Part shown: piece after piece, positions 18,441-28,588 of the stretch
Position numbering within the stretch: position 1 is the first letter of the stretch
Layout of the letters: each line of letters starts with the position of its first letter
The notes under the pieces: model-generated
What the model was told of the DNA's origin: nothing
The model's database searches: none
The model's input: only the letters and a program-made list of their open reading frames with translations
Assembly: GCA_050298595.1 (NCBI GenBank)
Contig: JBNKUM010000049.1
Span: forward strand, 1 to 38,834
From: Gammaproteobacteria bacterium
Lineage (GTDB): Bacteria; Pseudomonadota; Gammaproteobacteria; GCA-001735895
Length of the DNA: 38,834 nucleotides
Reading direction: 5' to 3'
Made by a program: the position numbers and the translations under genes

Positions 18441-19129
18441 GCCCTGAACCTGTATACCTGAAAAAACAGCAAGCTGCTTCAGAAAACAAGATAAGTGCCG
18501 AAGCCATCCTGGTGCGTGATGCCCTGATAGCCCGAGGCCTGGAAACCCCTATGCTTGAGAATGGATTAACTCCGGAGCAGAAATATAGCCGGGTAAAAGA
18601 CCTTTTCACCGAGATAGTTACCACCCTGGGGCTGGACTTAACCGATGACAGCCTGGCAGAGACACCTCACCGCATATCCAAGATGTACGTACACGAAATT
18701 TTCTCCGGCCTTGATTACAAGCATTTCCCCAAGCTCAGTCTAATCGATAATAAGATGGGCGCGGACGAAATGATCAAGATCCGAGATATTGATATGACCA
18801 GCACCTGTGAGCATCACTTTGTTACTATTGATGGTAAAGCCAGGGTTGCCTACATACCCAAAAATCGGATTATCGGCCTGTCCAAAATCAATCGTGTTGT
18901 ACGTTTCTTTGCACAACGACCACAGGTACAGGAACGCCTGACTCGACAGATTCTAGTCGCAATGCAAACCCTGCTGGAAACCGATGATGTTGCTGTCAGT
19001 ATTGACGCAGTGCATTACTGTGTGAAATCCCGAGGGGTGCAGGATACCAATTCGCAAACTAGTACCACAGCTTTGGGTGGATGCTTTCGTGAAAACATCC
19101 ATACGCGGGCTGAATTTCTCAATCCCTGA
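18437..19129 (+). CDS. folE: GTP cyclohydrolase I
   Basis: [35 protein letters not shown]. Confidence 0.95.
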   Translation: MSPEPVYLKKQQAASENKISAEAILVRDALIARGLETPMLENGLTPEQKYSRVKDLFTEIVTTLGLDLTDDSLAETPHRISKMYVHEIFSGLDYKHFPKLSLIDNKMGADEMIKIRDIDMTSTCEHHFVTIDGKARVAYIPKNRIIGLSKINRVVRFFAQRPQVQERLTRQILVAMQTLLETDDVAVSIDAVHYCVKSRGVQDTNSQTSTTALGGCFRENIHTRAEFLNP

Positions 19130-19173
19130 TACGCTGTTAAAGAGATTAGTCAGACAGGTTGAATCTGTTATAT

Positions 19174-19200
19174 TAAAACCTCGTTAATACACGGGTTTTA
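19174..19200 (+). terminator. Probable terminator after folE
   Basis: TAAAACC(T)CGT-loop-ACGGGTTTTA. Confidence 0.5.
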
Positions 19201-19231
19201 ATCATGAATTGTATCTATCTGGCTGAATCAA

Positions 19232-19900
19232 GTGCTTAATGTAAAAGCACTTTCAAAACAGTATCACGCTGCCAATTTCAGCCAGTCGATTTTTGAAGAC
19301 CTGAACCTGAGCATCAAACCTGGAGAGCTGGTGGCATTGATTGGTGCTAGCGGCAGTGGTAAAACCACCCTGTTAAACCTGTTAAGTGGCATCGATGACC
19401 CCGACAATGGCCAGGTATTTATTGATGGCTCAGATATCCACGCACTAAAAGAGCCTCATCGAACCCTGCTCAGACGCCAGAAAATCGGTTTTGTATTCCA
19501 GTTTTTTAACCTCATTCCTACGCTAACTGTAAGGGAAAATATCGCATTACCGATGGAGTTACTGGGGCATGAAACTTCCGCAATAGACCAACGTGTTGAT
19601 CACTTGTTACATAGCGTGGGTCTGCACTCTATGCATCAACGTTACCCTGACACATTATCTGGTGGCGAACAGCAGCGCACTGCGGTAGCCCGAGCCCTGT
19701 CGCACTACCCTGCTCTGTTATTGGCCGATGAACCCACCGGCAATCTGGATGAAGATACGGGTAAACAGGTCATTGACCTGCTAACCGACCTTGCCAGAAA
19801 TCAGCAAACAACCATGCTGATAGTCACCCATAGCCATAACGTGGCAAAGCATGCTGACCGAATCCTTAAACTTACACATGGTTCATTGGTTGAACAGTGA
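19232..19900 (+). CDS. ABC transporter ATP-binding protein (LolD/MacB-like)
   Basis: GASGSGKT, LSGGEQQR, LLADEPTGNLD, VTH. Confidence 0.93.
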   Translation: MLNVKALSKQYHAANFSQSIFEDLNLSIKPGELVALIGASGSGKTTLLNLLSGIDDPDNGQVFIDGSDIHALKEPHRTLLRRQKIGFVFQFFNLIPTLTVRENIALPMELLGHETSAIDQRVDHLLHSVGLHSMHQRYPDTLSGGEQQRTAVARALSHYPALLLADEPTGNLDEDTGKQVIDLLTDLARNQQTTMLIVTHSHNVAKHADRILKLTHGSLVEQ

Positions 19901-22413
19901 AAGCTGGCTTTCTACCACCGCTATTACTACGTTCAGGTCTGCGTCATCAATTGACACATCGCTGGCAGACGCTACTGGCTTTAAGCGGCATCATCATGGG
20001 TGTCGCTATCGTACTGGCGGTTGATCTCGCCAATAGTGCGGCCAAAGCTTCCTTCCAGTTATCCTCAGCCCAACTGCGAGGCACAGCAACGCATCGACTG
20101 GTCAGCCAGACCGATCAATTACCTCAGTCGCTGTATCAGAAGCTATATACCAGCCCCAATCATCCACCACTGGCACCTGTTATTACAGCAAGAGTCACTA
20201 TCGAGAATGCCCCCAACAGGTATCAGCTGGTAGGTATAGATGTTTTTGCAGAAAGCCAGTTCAGACCTCAGTGGTTTAGCGAGATTAACTCAAATGGTAA
20301 TCTGTCAGAGTGGTTGACTGATCCATCTGCGCTAATCATCAGTCATAACATCGCTGAAAAACTGGGTTTAACAATAAACGATCCTATCAAGGTTATATTT
20401 CAGCAAGAAACATTTGAATTAAAAATATTCGAACTAAACCGAACCTCGAAAGCGGGTGCCAACAATCTGTTTATTGTCGATATAGCCACTGCACAGGCCA
20501 TCACAGGGCGCACAGACAGGCTGTCGCAGATCGATCTCATCTTATCCAGTCAGCAGGATATAGACTGGATAAAACAACGCCTACCTGAATCTGTACAGCT
20601 GATCGATATCACCCAGCAAACCAATGGCGTGGTGAGACTTTCTGAAGCTTTCGAGCTGAATCTCACTGCGATGAGCCTGCTGGCACTGATGGTAGGTCTG
20701 TTTTTAATCTTCAATGCAATGAGCTTTTCTATCGTGCAACGGCGCAACCTGTTTGGACGATTGCGCGCTTTAGGCGTCTTCCAGTTTGAGCTATATCGAC
20801 TGTTACTCGCCGAGGCGCTGGTACTCGGCATCATCGGCACCCTTTTTGGGGTTCTGTTAGGCCAGTGGCTGGGCAAGGAGCTGACAGGCATCGTTGCTGA
20901 AACCGTCAGTCAACTTTATTACCAGGTCAGTGCTGACGCTATGCAGATGAGCGGATTCTCTCTGGTTAAAGCGATCATTCTGGGTATAGGCGGTACCCTG
21001 CTCGCAACCCTGATCCCGGCTTTTCTGGCGGCACGCATACCACCGCTGACGACCCTGTCCAGAGCTGCACTGGAAAAATCCAGCAAGCAACTCATCCCGC
21101 TACTGGGCGTCATTGGTTGTCTAATGCTGGGTATGGGTTTGATGATTGCATTTCTACTACCCGGCGGGATACTAAATGCTTTTATCGGACTATTTATTGC
21201 GCTACTGGGTTGCGCATTGATGACCCCGTCAAGCCTGTTACTTGCTCAGTGGCTATTGGCTCGCATCCCTTTAAGCGGTATCTGGCGTATGGCTACCCGT
21301 GATATGGATAGACATTTATCACGTCTGGCAACTGCAGCTGCCGCGTTGATGGTTGCCTTATGCGCGTCTGTGGGTGTCAGTATCATGGTGAGCAGTATGC
21401 AAAGCTCGGTTAGCGACTGGTTAAAAGAGTTACTCAATGCCGATGTGTATATCGCAGCCCAGGGTTTTGAGCAGGGTTCAGTATTAAAACCTGAAGTGCT
21501 GGCAATAGCGCAAAAAATGGAATATTTGAGTGATATAAGCCTGTATAGAAACACCCGCATTACTCTTGATAACCGGTCAGTACGTCTGGTAGGAGCACGT
21601 CTTGCGAAGGCATCGCGCGCAGGATACCAGATACTTGCCGGTAATCCTGCAACCGTCTGGGACCAATATGATCAGGGTTCTATTTTTATATCCGAGCCAT
21701 TGGCAAATCGACTAAAACTGGGCACAGGAGACAAACTCACACTACCCACCCTGAAAGGCAAAACTTCATTCACCATCGCAGCGGTTTTACGTGATTACTC
21801 CAGTGAACACGGTCGCATCTATATGCCTCTCAAGGTTTATCGATATTACTGGGATGATGATACGGTGAATACCATGGCAATATTTTCAACGCAGCTTGCA
21901 GCTACAGATCTGATGCAATATGCACAAAGCTACTTTGGCTGGAAGAATGACCTGGTTTTTACCGATGCTCGTGCAATATACGATGAATCGATGGGTATTT
22001 TTGAACGAACCTTTCGCATTACTGAAGTGCTGAGACTACTTTCCATGCTGGTAGCCTTTATCGGCATTCTGACAGCCCTGATGGCCATACAGCTAGAACG
22101 GCGCAAGGAGTTTGCCGTATTACGTGCTCTAGGTCTTACTCGACTCCAGGTGAGCCAGCTCATCGTGATTGAATCACTACAACTTGGGCTGGTATCCGCA
22201 TTCATGGCCATCCCGGCGGGAATAGCCATGGCCTGGGTACTTACCGATTCAGTTCAGTTACGCGCTTTTGGATGGAGCATGCCACTACAAATCACCGCCA
22301 GCCCTCTATGGATGACCCTGTTGCTCGGTTTGCTGGCTGCATTTATTGCCAGCCTTTATCCAGCCTGGCATGCAAGCCGTCATAATCCAGCTGGTCAGTT
22401 ACGCGAGGATTAA
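19897..22413 (+). CDS. Duplicated FtsX-like ABC permease
   Basis: 838 aa with two MacB/FtsX repeats (RLRALG, VLRALG); GTGA overlap with the ATPase. Confidence 0.9.
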   Translation: MKAGFLPPLLLRSGLRHQLTHRWQTLLALSGIIMGVAIVLAVDLANSAAKASFQLSSAQLRGTATHRLVSQTDQLPQSLYQKLYTSPNHPPLAPVITARVTIENAPNRYQLVGIDVFAESQFRPQWFSEINSNGNLSEWLTDPSALIISHNIAEKLGLTINDPIKVIFQQETFELKIFELNRTSKAGANNLFIVDIATAQAITGRTDRLSQIDLILSSQQDIDWIKQRLPESVQLIDITQQTNGVVRLSEAFELNLTAMSLLALMVGLFLIFNAMSFSIVQRRNLFGRLRALGVFQFELYRLLLAEALVLGIIGTLFGVLLGQWLGKELTGIVAETVSQLYYQVSADAMQMSGFSLVKAIILGIGGTLLATLIPAFLAARIPPLTTLSRAALEKSSKQLIPLLGVIGCLMLGMGLMIAFLLPGGILNAFIGLFIALLGCALMTPSSLLLAQWLLARIPLSGIWRMATRDMDRHLSRLATAAAALMVALCASVGVSIMVSSMQSSVSDWLKELLNADVYIAAQGFEQGSVLKPEVLAIAQKMEYLSDISLYRNTRITLDNRSVRLVGARLAKASRAGYQILAGNPATVWDQYDQGSIFISEPLANRLKLGTGDKLTLPTLKGKTSFTIAAVLRDYSSEHGRIYMPLKVYRYYWDDDTVNTMAIFSTQLAATDLMQYAQSYFGWKNDLVFTDARAIYDESMGIFERTFRITEVLRLLSMLVAFIGILTALMAIQLERRKEFAVLRALGLTRLQVSQLIVIESLQLGLVSAFMAIPAGIAMAWVLTDSVQLRAFGWSMPLQITASPLWMTLLLGLLAAFIASLYPAWHASRHNPAGQLRED

Positions 22414-22415
22414 GC

Positions 22416-23531
22416 ATGAAAATAGTCTCAATCCTTTGCCTGTTGTTAATGATATCAGCCTGTGATTCTTCCGCTCCTGTAGACCAGCAAAGCGAGAGCT
22501 TAAGTGTCAGTCGCGCGATGCAGGCCTTACCCGATGCAGGCTTTAAACGCGCTGAAGCTATTCGTGAATTTAGTTTCCCTGCCGACCATGGCGCTCATGA
22601 AGAATTCGCTACCGAATGGTGGTACTTTACGGGTAATTTAAATTCAGATGCAGGGGATGCTGTAGGCTATCAACTGACCCTGTTTAGATTAGGTATGAAG
22701 TCTGCAGTAATTAATGACATCTCTCCCTGGCGCACTCACCAGTTGTATATGGGACATCTTGCCCTTAGTGATATTAACAACCGCAAGCATTACAGCGCAG
22801 AGCGCTTTAGTCGAGCGGCTGTAGGCCTGGCTGGCGCAGAAACCTATCCGCTGAAAGTCTGGTTAGGTCCCTGGTCTATATCTGGCGCTCAGGATGGCTT
22901 ATTTCCTATCAAACTAAACGCTGAAAATAATGATATTGCTATCGATTTAATCTTACAGGACTCGGGTAAGCCTGTTGTATTGCAAAGTAATAAAGGTCTC
23001 TCACAAAAAAGTGCCGCAGCAGGTAATGCCTCATATTATTACTCTTACACTCGTCTACTCACACAAGGAAGCGTACGTATAGCGAATCGTAACCTGACTG
23101 TTATGGGAAACTCCTGGTTTGACCGCGAATGGTCAAGCTCAGCACTGGCAAAGGATCAACAGGGCTGGGACTGGTTTTCACTGCAACTGGATGATCAGCG
23201 TGAAATCATGTTCTATCAGCTACGCGATAAACAGGGACATGCACAGAGATTCAGCGAGGGAGTTCTGGTCGAAAGCAATGGTAAATCACAAAAGCTCAAC
23301 CTGGATAACACTCAACTAAAGCCACTGTCCACATGGCAGAATCCACAGGGTGTGAGTTACCCCGTTAGCTGGTCACTTATGATACCCGAGCAACATATAG
23401 ATCTACGAGTAGATGCAGCATTTAATGATCAGGAAATGCGCCACAGTGTGCATTACTGGGAAGGCGCAGTAGTGGTTAGTGGTAGCCACAGCGGGAAAGG
23501 TTATCTTGAATTAAGTGGCTACGAAAAATAA
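22416..23531 (+). CDS. AttH/CrtC-like lipocalin-domain lipoprotein
   Basis: ISAC lipobox, FPADHGAH..EWWYFTG, SYYYS, WFDREWS, GWDWFSLQL, YWEG. Confidence 0.88.
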   Translation: MKIVSILCLLLMISACDSSAPVDQQSESLSVSRAMQALPDAGFKRAEAIREFSFPADHGAHEEFATEWWYFTGNLNSDAGDAVGYQLTLFRLGMKSAVINDISPWRTHQLYMGHLALSDINNRKHYSAERFSRAAVGLAGAETYPLKVWLGPWSISGAQDGLFPIKLNAENNDIAIDLILQDSGKPVVLQSNKGLSQKSAAAGNASYYYSYTRLLTQGSVRIANRNLTVMGNSWFDREWSSSALAKDQQGWDWFSLQLDDQREIMFYQLRDKQGHAQRFSEGVLVESNGKSQKLNLDNTQLKPLSTWQNPQGVSYPVSWSLMIPEQHIDLRVDAAFNDQEMRHSVHYWEGAVVVSGSHSGKGYLELSGYEK

Positions 23532-23572
23532 AACACTGTTGTTTATTTACTGGTAGGAAAAATGCAATTTTA

Positions 23573-23592
23573 CCTGAATCCTTAGATTCAGG
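23573..23592. repeat. 20-bp palindrome resembling two fused IS1380-type ends
   Basis: CCTGAATC-CTTA-GATTCAGG with TTTA on both flanks. Confidence 0.4.
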
Positions 23593-23654
23593 TTTAAGGC
23601 ACCTCTGATCAATTCTGTTATGTCTCTGCGAGCCAGAGATACAACATAATTGAT

Positions 23655-23686
23655 AAAACGGGGAAGCAGCTTGCCTCCCCGGATTT
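23655..23686. terminator. Terminator between convergent units
   Basis: AAAA-CGGGGAAGCA-loop-TGCCTCCCCG-GATTT. Confidence 0.55.
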
Positions 23687-23743
23687 GCTTAAACTTGAAA
23701 GGGAAAAATTATTTTTCACCTGAGATTATTCTACCTGAGCAAG

Positions 23744-24570
23744 CTATGAACCTTCCCTGGAAACATAGAATATAAGGTTTAAACCTAGATTCCGCAGTTG
23801 ACCGCTCGCAATAGAGGTTACCCCACTGCTTCATAAACCATTACAGTTGATGTGTATAATCACCCAATCGGTGCATCCCGCTACGAACTGAATTACACGT
23901 TTGAGGCGGCGTATCTCTTCGTTGTAACTCCTTGGAATAGCTGGCTATTCCGCGTCGTTACGCCTTGATCTACACCACCTCAAACGCACACTTCAACTCG
24001 TCCAACTGCGGATTCTAGGTTAAAGGGTCATCTTCATCTGCATGAAAAAAACCCTGACTGTCCCAGGGCACCAATCGGGGAATATCTCCAACAGCGGTAT
24101 CACGAATTTCGGTATCATCAAATTGAAATTGAAAACGACACATTGTTGAACGGCACTCATTGCCAACCACGCTAACACCTGAATATTGTTTATTGCTGAT
24201 ATTGTTCATAATCTCGTTTTGTGCCCAGTTGCTCTAATTCGACATCTTGATTAGTATCAGCAGCAGTAGTTTCCTGTTAACTCTCCTGGCTCTCATGTTC
24301 TAGCTCAGTGTTTTCGGCTTGATTTTGCTGCGTAGCCTGTTGTAAGTCATTCAGCTGTTTTTGAAGACTTTTTAAATCTTGCTGCAAATAGGAAACTTCA
24401 TCCCGATACAGCTCCAGGTCTGAGTTATTAGTTGTGGTTTCTTTGGGTGTTGGTATGAAGGCCTGTGACTTTGTTGGAACAGAGTCGATATTATTTGTTG
24501 CAATCCACAAAATAGCCAGTCCACATATAAAGCCAATAATCGTAGCTGTAAATGTATGTGTAGTTTTCAT
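23744..24570 (-). pseudogene. Membrane-anchored protein gene (ECRSTMCR motif) broken by a stop, a frameshift and a MITE insertion
   Basis: ORF pieces 24277-24570 (TM plus coiled coil) and 24015-24209. Removing 23784-24019 plus one TTAAA restores in-frame ...HADEDDPLNLIFYVSREGS-stop at 23744. Confidence 0.75.
23784..24019 (-). mobile_element. Complete 236-bp MITE, IS1380/ISEcp1-like ends, 5-bp TSD, module-free core
   Basis: CCTAGATTCCGCAGTTG ... CAACTGCGGATTCTAGG (17 bp, 1 mismatch) flanked by TTAAA at 23779-23783 and 24020-24024. Confidence 0.9.
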
Positions 24571-24886
24571 ATTTTAGATCCGTAGTAATAGTGACAGAGT
24601 ATACTGTCTCTGCCACAAATCAACATCGCGATTAAGAATAGTTCATGCCTTAGTTTTTTCTGTATCACTGATTATGTGAAGCTCTCAGCTAGACTATTCG
24701 TCAACTCGATAGCTCACCAGAGAAACGCAACAGGCATCGAGTTAAGACCATCCATCCCTCAGCAGGCCTGTCTTCAAAATAGTCCAGAACTTGTGGTTAC
24801 TAATAAAGGTGCCAGACAGGTGTAACCACAATCATTATTGTAAATAAAACTATTTTTGATTGATCTAAAAAAAGGCTTATATTGTG

Positions 24887-25050
24887 AACATATGCATGTA
24901 GAGCACAGCCATGCTTCTCGACCTGCTCCTTCAGATGCTGAATATAAAACTGATCATCATCGTCTGCACAAAAACAAGGAGAACGGTTGTTCCCCCTCTG
25001 AATAATATGCCAGGGTATTCCCGGACCGATAAGCGTGATCTACGTGGCAT
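24887..25050 (-). pseudogene. REP-associated tyrosine transposase (RAYT/TnpA-REP, Y1 HUH) 5' remnant
   Basis: MPRRSRLSV, then a frameshift, then GIPWHIIQRGNNRSPCFCADDDDQFYIQHLKEQVEKHGCALHAYV. Similarity stops just before the expected MTNHVH HUH motif. Confidence 0.82.
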
Positions 25051-25203
25051 TCTCACTTCCTGTTGTGTATTAAATGAACTCCATACTTGATCAAGAGACC
25101 AGAGATTTCAATTAATTGTGGTCGGGCTTTCACCGCCAATCTTTTGCCGATTTATCTCGGCGCAGTGGATGTCAATAATTATTCCCTCTTCACTCTGCAG
25201 ATG

Positions 25204-25393
25204 AACCCCGCTACGAGCTGAATTGCACGTTTGCGCAGGCGACCTCTGCGTTGCCTATAAGGACATAGGTAAGGGGCGTGAGCAAGACGCGGAAGTCTTG
25301 TAATTCCCTGGAATAGCCTGCTATTCCGCGTCGTCACACCTTGATCTACACCACCACAAACGCACTTCAGCTCGTCCGACTGCGGATTCCAGG
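25204..25393 (-). mobile_element. One-ended MITE copy with a single 47-nt module
   Basis: Colinear with about 23873-24019. Module between TTG 25251-25253 and TTG 25298-25300. End CGACTGCGGATTCCAGG. Confidence 0.82.
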
Positions 25394-25441
25394 TTGAAGC
25401 GCTACACTAGTGTCCTTGTGTCTATATAAACCCCGGCCCAA

Positions 25442-28400
25442 TCACACCGGGTCATCATCTTTTGGCGCTATAAACTCTTCGGGTCTAGTACGCAGCCTTC
25501 TATCCATCAATAACTTGAAAAAGAACGGAACAAAAAACACTGCGAGGAAGGTCGCCGCAAGCATCCCTCCCATGACTCCGGTACCCACTGATTTACGTGC
25601 TCCTGCCCCTGCTCCTACCGAGTAAGCTAGCGGTAGCACACCAAGAATGAAGGCAAGTGAAGTCATGATAATCGGACGGAATCTGATGCGTGCAGCTTCA
25701 ATCGACGCCGCTGCGGCATGCCAGCCATGTTGTTTTTGCAGCAAGGCAAATTCAACAATCAAAATTGCATTTTTGGCTGCGAGCCCCAGTAACGTCACCA
25801 GTCCTATCTGAAAATATACATCGTTGGTATAATCCCGTAACCATACTGCAACAAGAGCGCCGAAGGTTCCAAACGGTAATGCCAGCAAAACAGAAAGTGG
25901 CAAAGACCAGCGTTCATACAATGCGGATAGAATCAGGAACACCATGATGACAGCAAGGCCAAGAGCAATTACAGAATTGTCTTCGGTTTTCTTTTCCTGA
26001 TAGGAAGCGCCACTCCAGTCGATTGAAAAATCTTTCCCCAGAGACTGCCCAGCAACCTCTTCAACCGCCTGCAACGCCTGCCCCGAACTGATACCAGGTG
26101 CCGCTGAACCGAATAGTTTAACCGCCGGTAAATTATTAAACCTGTCCAGCGTATCTGGGCCAGAGGTATATTTAACCGTTGCAAATGCGGACAGTGGCAC
26201 CATTTCACCAGCACTACTTCTGACATACATGCGGCCAATATCTTCAGGCTTTTTACGGTATTGCGAATCCGCTGATAGCATCACCTGCCAGGCCTGACCA
26301 TATCGGTTAAAGTCATTCACATAGTAAGAGCCAAGTGTTGCTGCCAACGTGTTAAATGCTTTGTCTAAAGGAATACCCAGAGACTTGGCGCGTTCACGAT
26401 CTACATCAACAAATAATTGCGGGGCTGCTGGTCTCCATAGACTGTTAATCATGCCCAGTCGAGCATCCTTACGTGCGGCGCCCTGAAAGTTACGCATCGC
26501 TTCAGCCAGTTTAGCGGGATCACTGCCCCCCTTGTTCTGGATATAGAACTCAAAACCACCGGTACTACCCAGACCGAAAATTGCTGGTGGATTAAAGGCT
26601 AGTACCAGCGCCTCTTTGATACCTGCCGTTTTAGCAAATAATTCACCTACCAGAGCCTTACTTGGTGTTGTGCGATCATCCCAGTGTTGTTGTGTAACAA
26701 ATAAGGTAGCTGCATTATTTTTATAACCACCACCGAGAAAATCGAAGCCCGAAAAAGAAACCACATCTTTATTTGCCGGATTAGACTTTATCGCTTCAAT
26801 GACCCTGGCTACGACCTTGTCGGTACGCTCCAACGAAGAACCATCAGGCAGGAAAACTGCCGCAATAAAAAAACCCTGATCTTCATCCGGCACCAGTGAA
26901 CCCGGTGTGATTTTCCATAATTGAGCAGTGACGCCGACCATAGTGGCGAACAGTATTACCGCAAACACAGAACGCTTAATTATAAATCGCACGCCACCCA
27001 TATAGCCGTGGGTTAACAGACTGAAAAACCGGTTAAACCAGTCAAATATAAAATTAGTCTGCTTATGCTCATGGCGCAAAATCATCACACATAATGAGGG
27101 TGTCATCGTCAAGGCGACTACACCTGATAGCGTAACTGATATCGCGATAGTAATAGCGAACTGACGATATAACTCACCGGTTAAACCTCCCAGAAAAGCA
27201 ATCGGCACAAACACGGAAACCAGTACCAGCACTATCGCTACGATTGGGCCACTCACTTCGTGCATGGCCTTTATCGCCGCATTACGCGCACCCAGCCCCT
27301 GTTCGTGCATAATACGTTCAACATTCTCCAGCACCACGATGGCATCATCCACGACTATACCTATCGATAGCACCATACCAAATAGGGTCAGAGTGTTAAT
27401 CGAATAGCCCAGCAGATACATGCCTGCAAAGGTACCCAGTAATGAAACGGGTACCGCCAGTGTCGGGATAAGGGTTGCACGCCAGTTTTGCAGAAATATA
27501 AAAACAACCAGAAACACCAGCACCATCGCTTCGCCCAGGGTTTTTAATACCTCGCGAATAGAGACTTCGACAAACCGGGTGGTATCGAAGGGAACAGCAT
27601 AATGCAAACCTGGTGGAAAACTCTCCGCGAGCTTGTCCAGTTTCTGCTTAACTTCATCAGCAACGCTTAAGGCATTGGCACCTGGCTGTAGAAAAACACC
27701 TATCAGCGCCGAAGCCTTGCCATTGTATTTACCATTAAAGTTATAGTCCTTGGATCCGAGTTCGATGCGAGCTACATCTTTTAGTCGCAGGCTACTGCCA
27801 TCTGCATTGGTACGCAGAATAACCTGCCCAAACTCTTCGGCTGTGACCAGACGCCCTTTGGTGGTAATACTGTAGACCAGTTCCTGATTACCTCCTGTGG
27901 GATTTTCTCCAATTTTACCGGAGGCAAATTGAGCATTCTGTTCGTTTATCGCTGCCGCTAAATCTCCAACCGTTAGGCCCAGTTGAGTCATGCGGTCTGG
28001 TTTGATCCAGATACGCATCGCATAATCCTTGGCACCGAATATCTGCACATTGGTCGTACCCGGTATGCGCTTGAGTTGATCAAGAACATTCAACTTAACA
28101 AAGTTAGATACGTAGATATCGCTGTATAACTCATCATCTGGGTAAAAAGAGATAACCTGCAAAAAGGATGAACTACCCTTCTGTACGGTAACCCCCTGTC
28201 GTCTCACCTCCTCTGGCAGACGCGCCTCAACCTGTTTGACGCGGTTATTGACATTGAGTGCAGCCTGCTCGACATCGGTACCGATATCGAAGGTGACCGA
28301 GATAGTCAGTGTTCCACTTGAAGTAGAAGTTGAAGCCTGATAAATCATGCCTTCAACACCGTTAATTGAATTCTCGATCGGTGCAGCCACCGTTTGTTCG

Positions 28401-28573
28401 ATAACCTGGGCAGAAGCGCCCGGATAAACGGCTCTCACCTGAACTACGGGCGGCGCAATCTCGGGGTACTGAGAGATAGGCAATACACGCATGGCAGCTA
28501 AACCCGCCAGCATAATAAATATCGCAATCACAAAAGCGAAATTCGGTCGATCAATAAAATACCGTGCAATCAT
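25442..28573 (-). CDS. Multidrug RND permease (HAE1, AcrB/MexF-like)
   Basis: GIVVDDAIVVLENVER, GLAAKNAILIVEFA, RFRPIIMTSLAF. Confidence 0.95.
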   Translation of the reverse strand: MIARYFIDRPNFAFVIAIFIMLAGLAAMRVLPISQYPEIAPPVVQVRAVYPGASAQVIEQTVAAPIENSINGVEGMIYQASTSTSSGTLTISVTFDIGTDVEQAALNVNNRVKQVEARLPEEVRRQGVTVQKGSSSFLQVISFYPDDELYSDIYVSNFVKLNVLDQLKRIPGTTNVQIFGAKDYAMRIWIKPDRMTQLGLTVGDLAAAINEQNAQFASGKIGENPTGGNQELVYSITTKGRLVTAEEFGQVILRTNADGSSLRLKDVARIELGSKDYNFNGKYNGKASALIGVFLQPGANALSVADEVKQKLDKLAESFPPGLHYAVPFDTTRFVEVSIREVLKTLGEAMVLVFLVVFIFLQNWRATLIPTLAVPVSLLGTFAGMYLLGYSINTLTLFGMVLSIGIVVDDAIVVLENVERIMHEQGLGARNAAIKAMHEVSGPIVAIVLVLVSVFVPIAFLGGLTGELYRQFAITIAISVTLSGVVALTMTPSLCVMILRHEHKQTNFIFDWFNRFFSLLTHGYMGGVRFIIKRSVFAVILFATMVGVTAQLWKITPGSLVPDEDQGFFIAAVFLPDGSSLERTDKVVARVIEAIKSNPANKDVVSFSGFDFLGGGYKNNAATLFVTQQHWDDRTTPSKALVGELFAKTAGIKEALVLAFNPPAIFGLGSTGGFEFYIQNKGGSDPAKLAEAMRNFQGAARKDARLGMINSLWRPAAPQLFVDVDRERAKSLGIPLDKAFNTLAATLGSYYVNDFNRYGQAWQVMLSADSQYRKKPEDIGRMYVRSSAGEMVPLSAFATVKYTSGPDTLDRFNNLPAVKLFGSAAPGISSGQALQAVEEVAGQSLGKDFSIDWSGASYQEKKTEDNSVIALGLAVIMVFLILSALYERWSLPLSVLLALPFGTFGALVAVWLRDYTNDVYFQIGLVTLLGLAAKNAILIVEFALLQKQHGWHAAAASIEAARIRFRPIIMTSLAFILGVLPLAYSVGAGAGARKSVGTGVMGGMLAATFLAVFFVPFFFKLLMDRRLRTRPEEFIAPKDDDPV

Positions 28574-28588
28574 AATGTGGACTCTTGC

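Noticed and set aside
22416-23531. Carotenoid 1,2-hydratase function
   Set aside because: No crt genes nearby; the lipoprotein signal and ABC context indicate the AttH-like subfamily.
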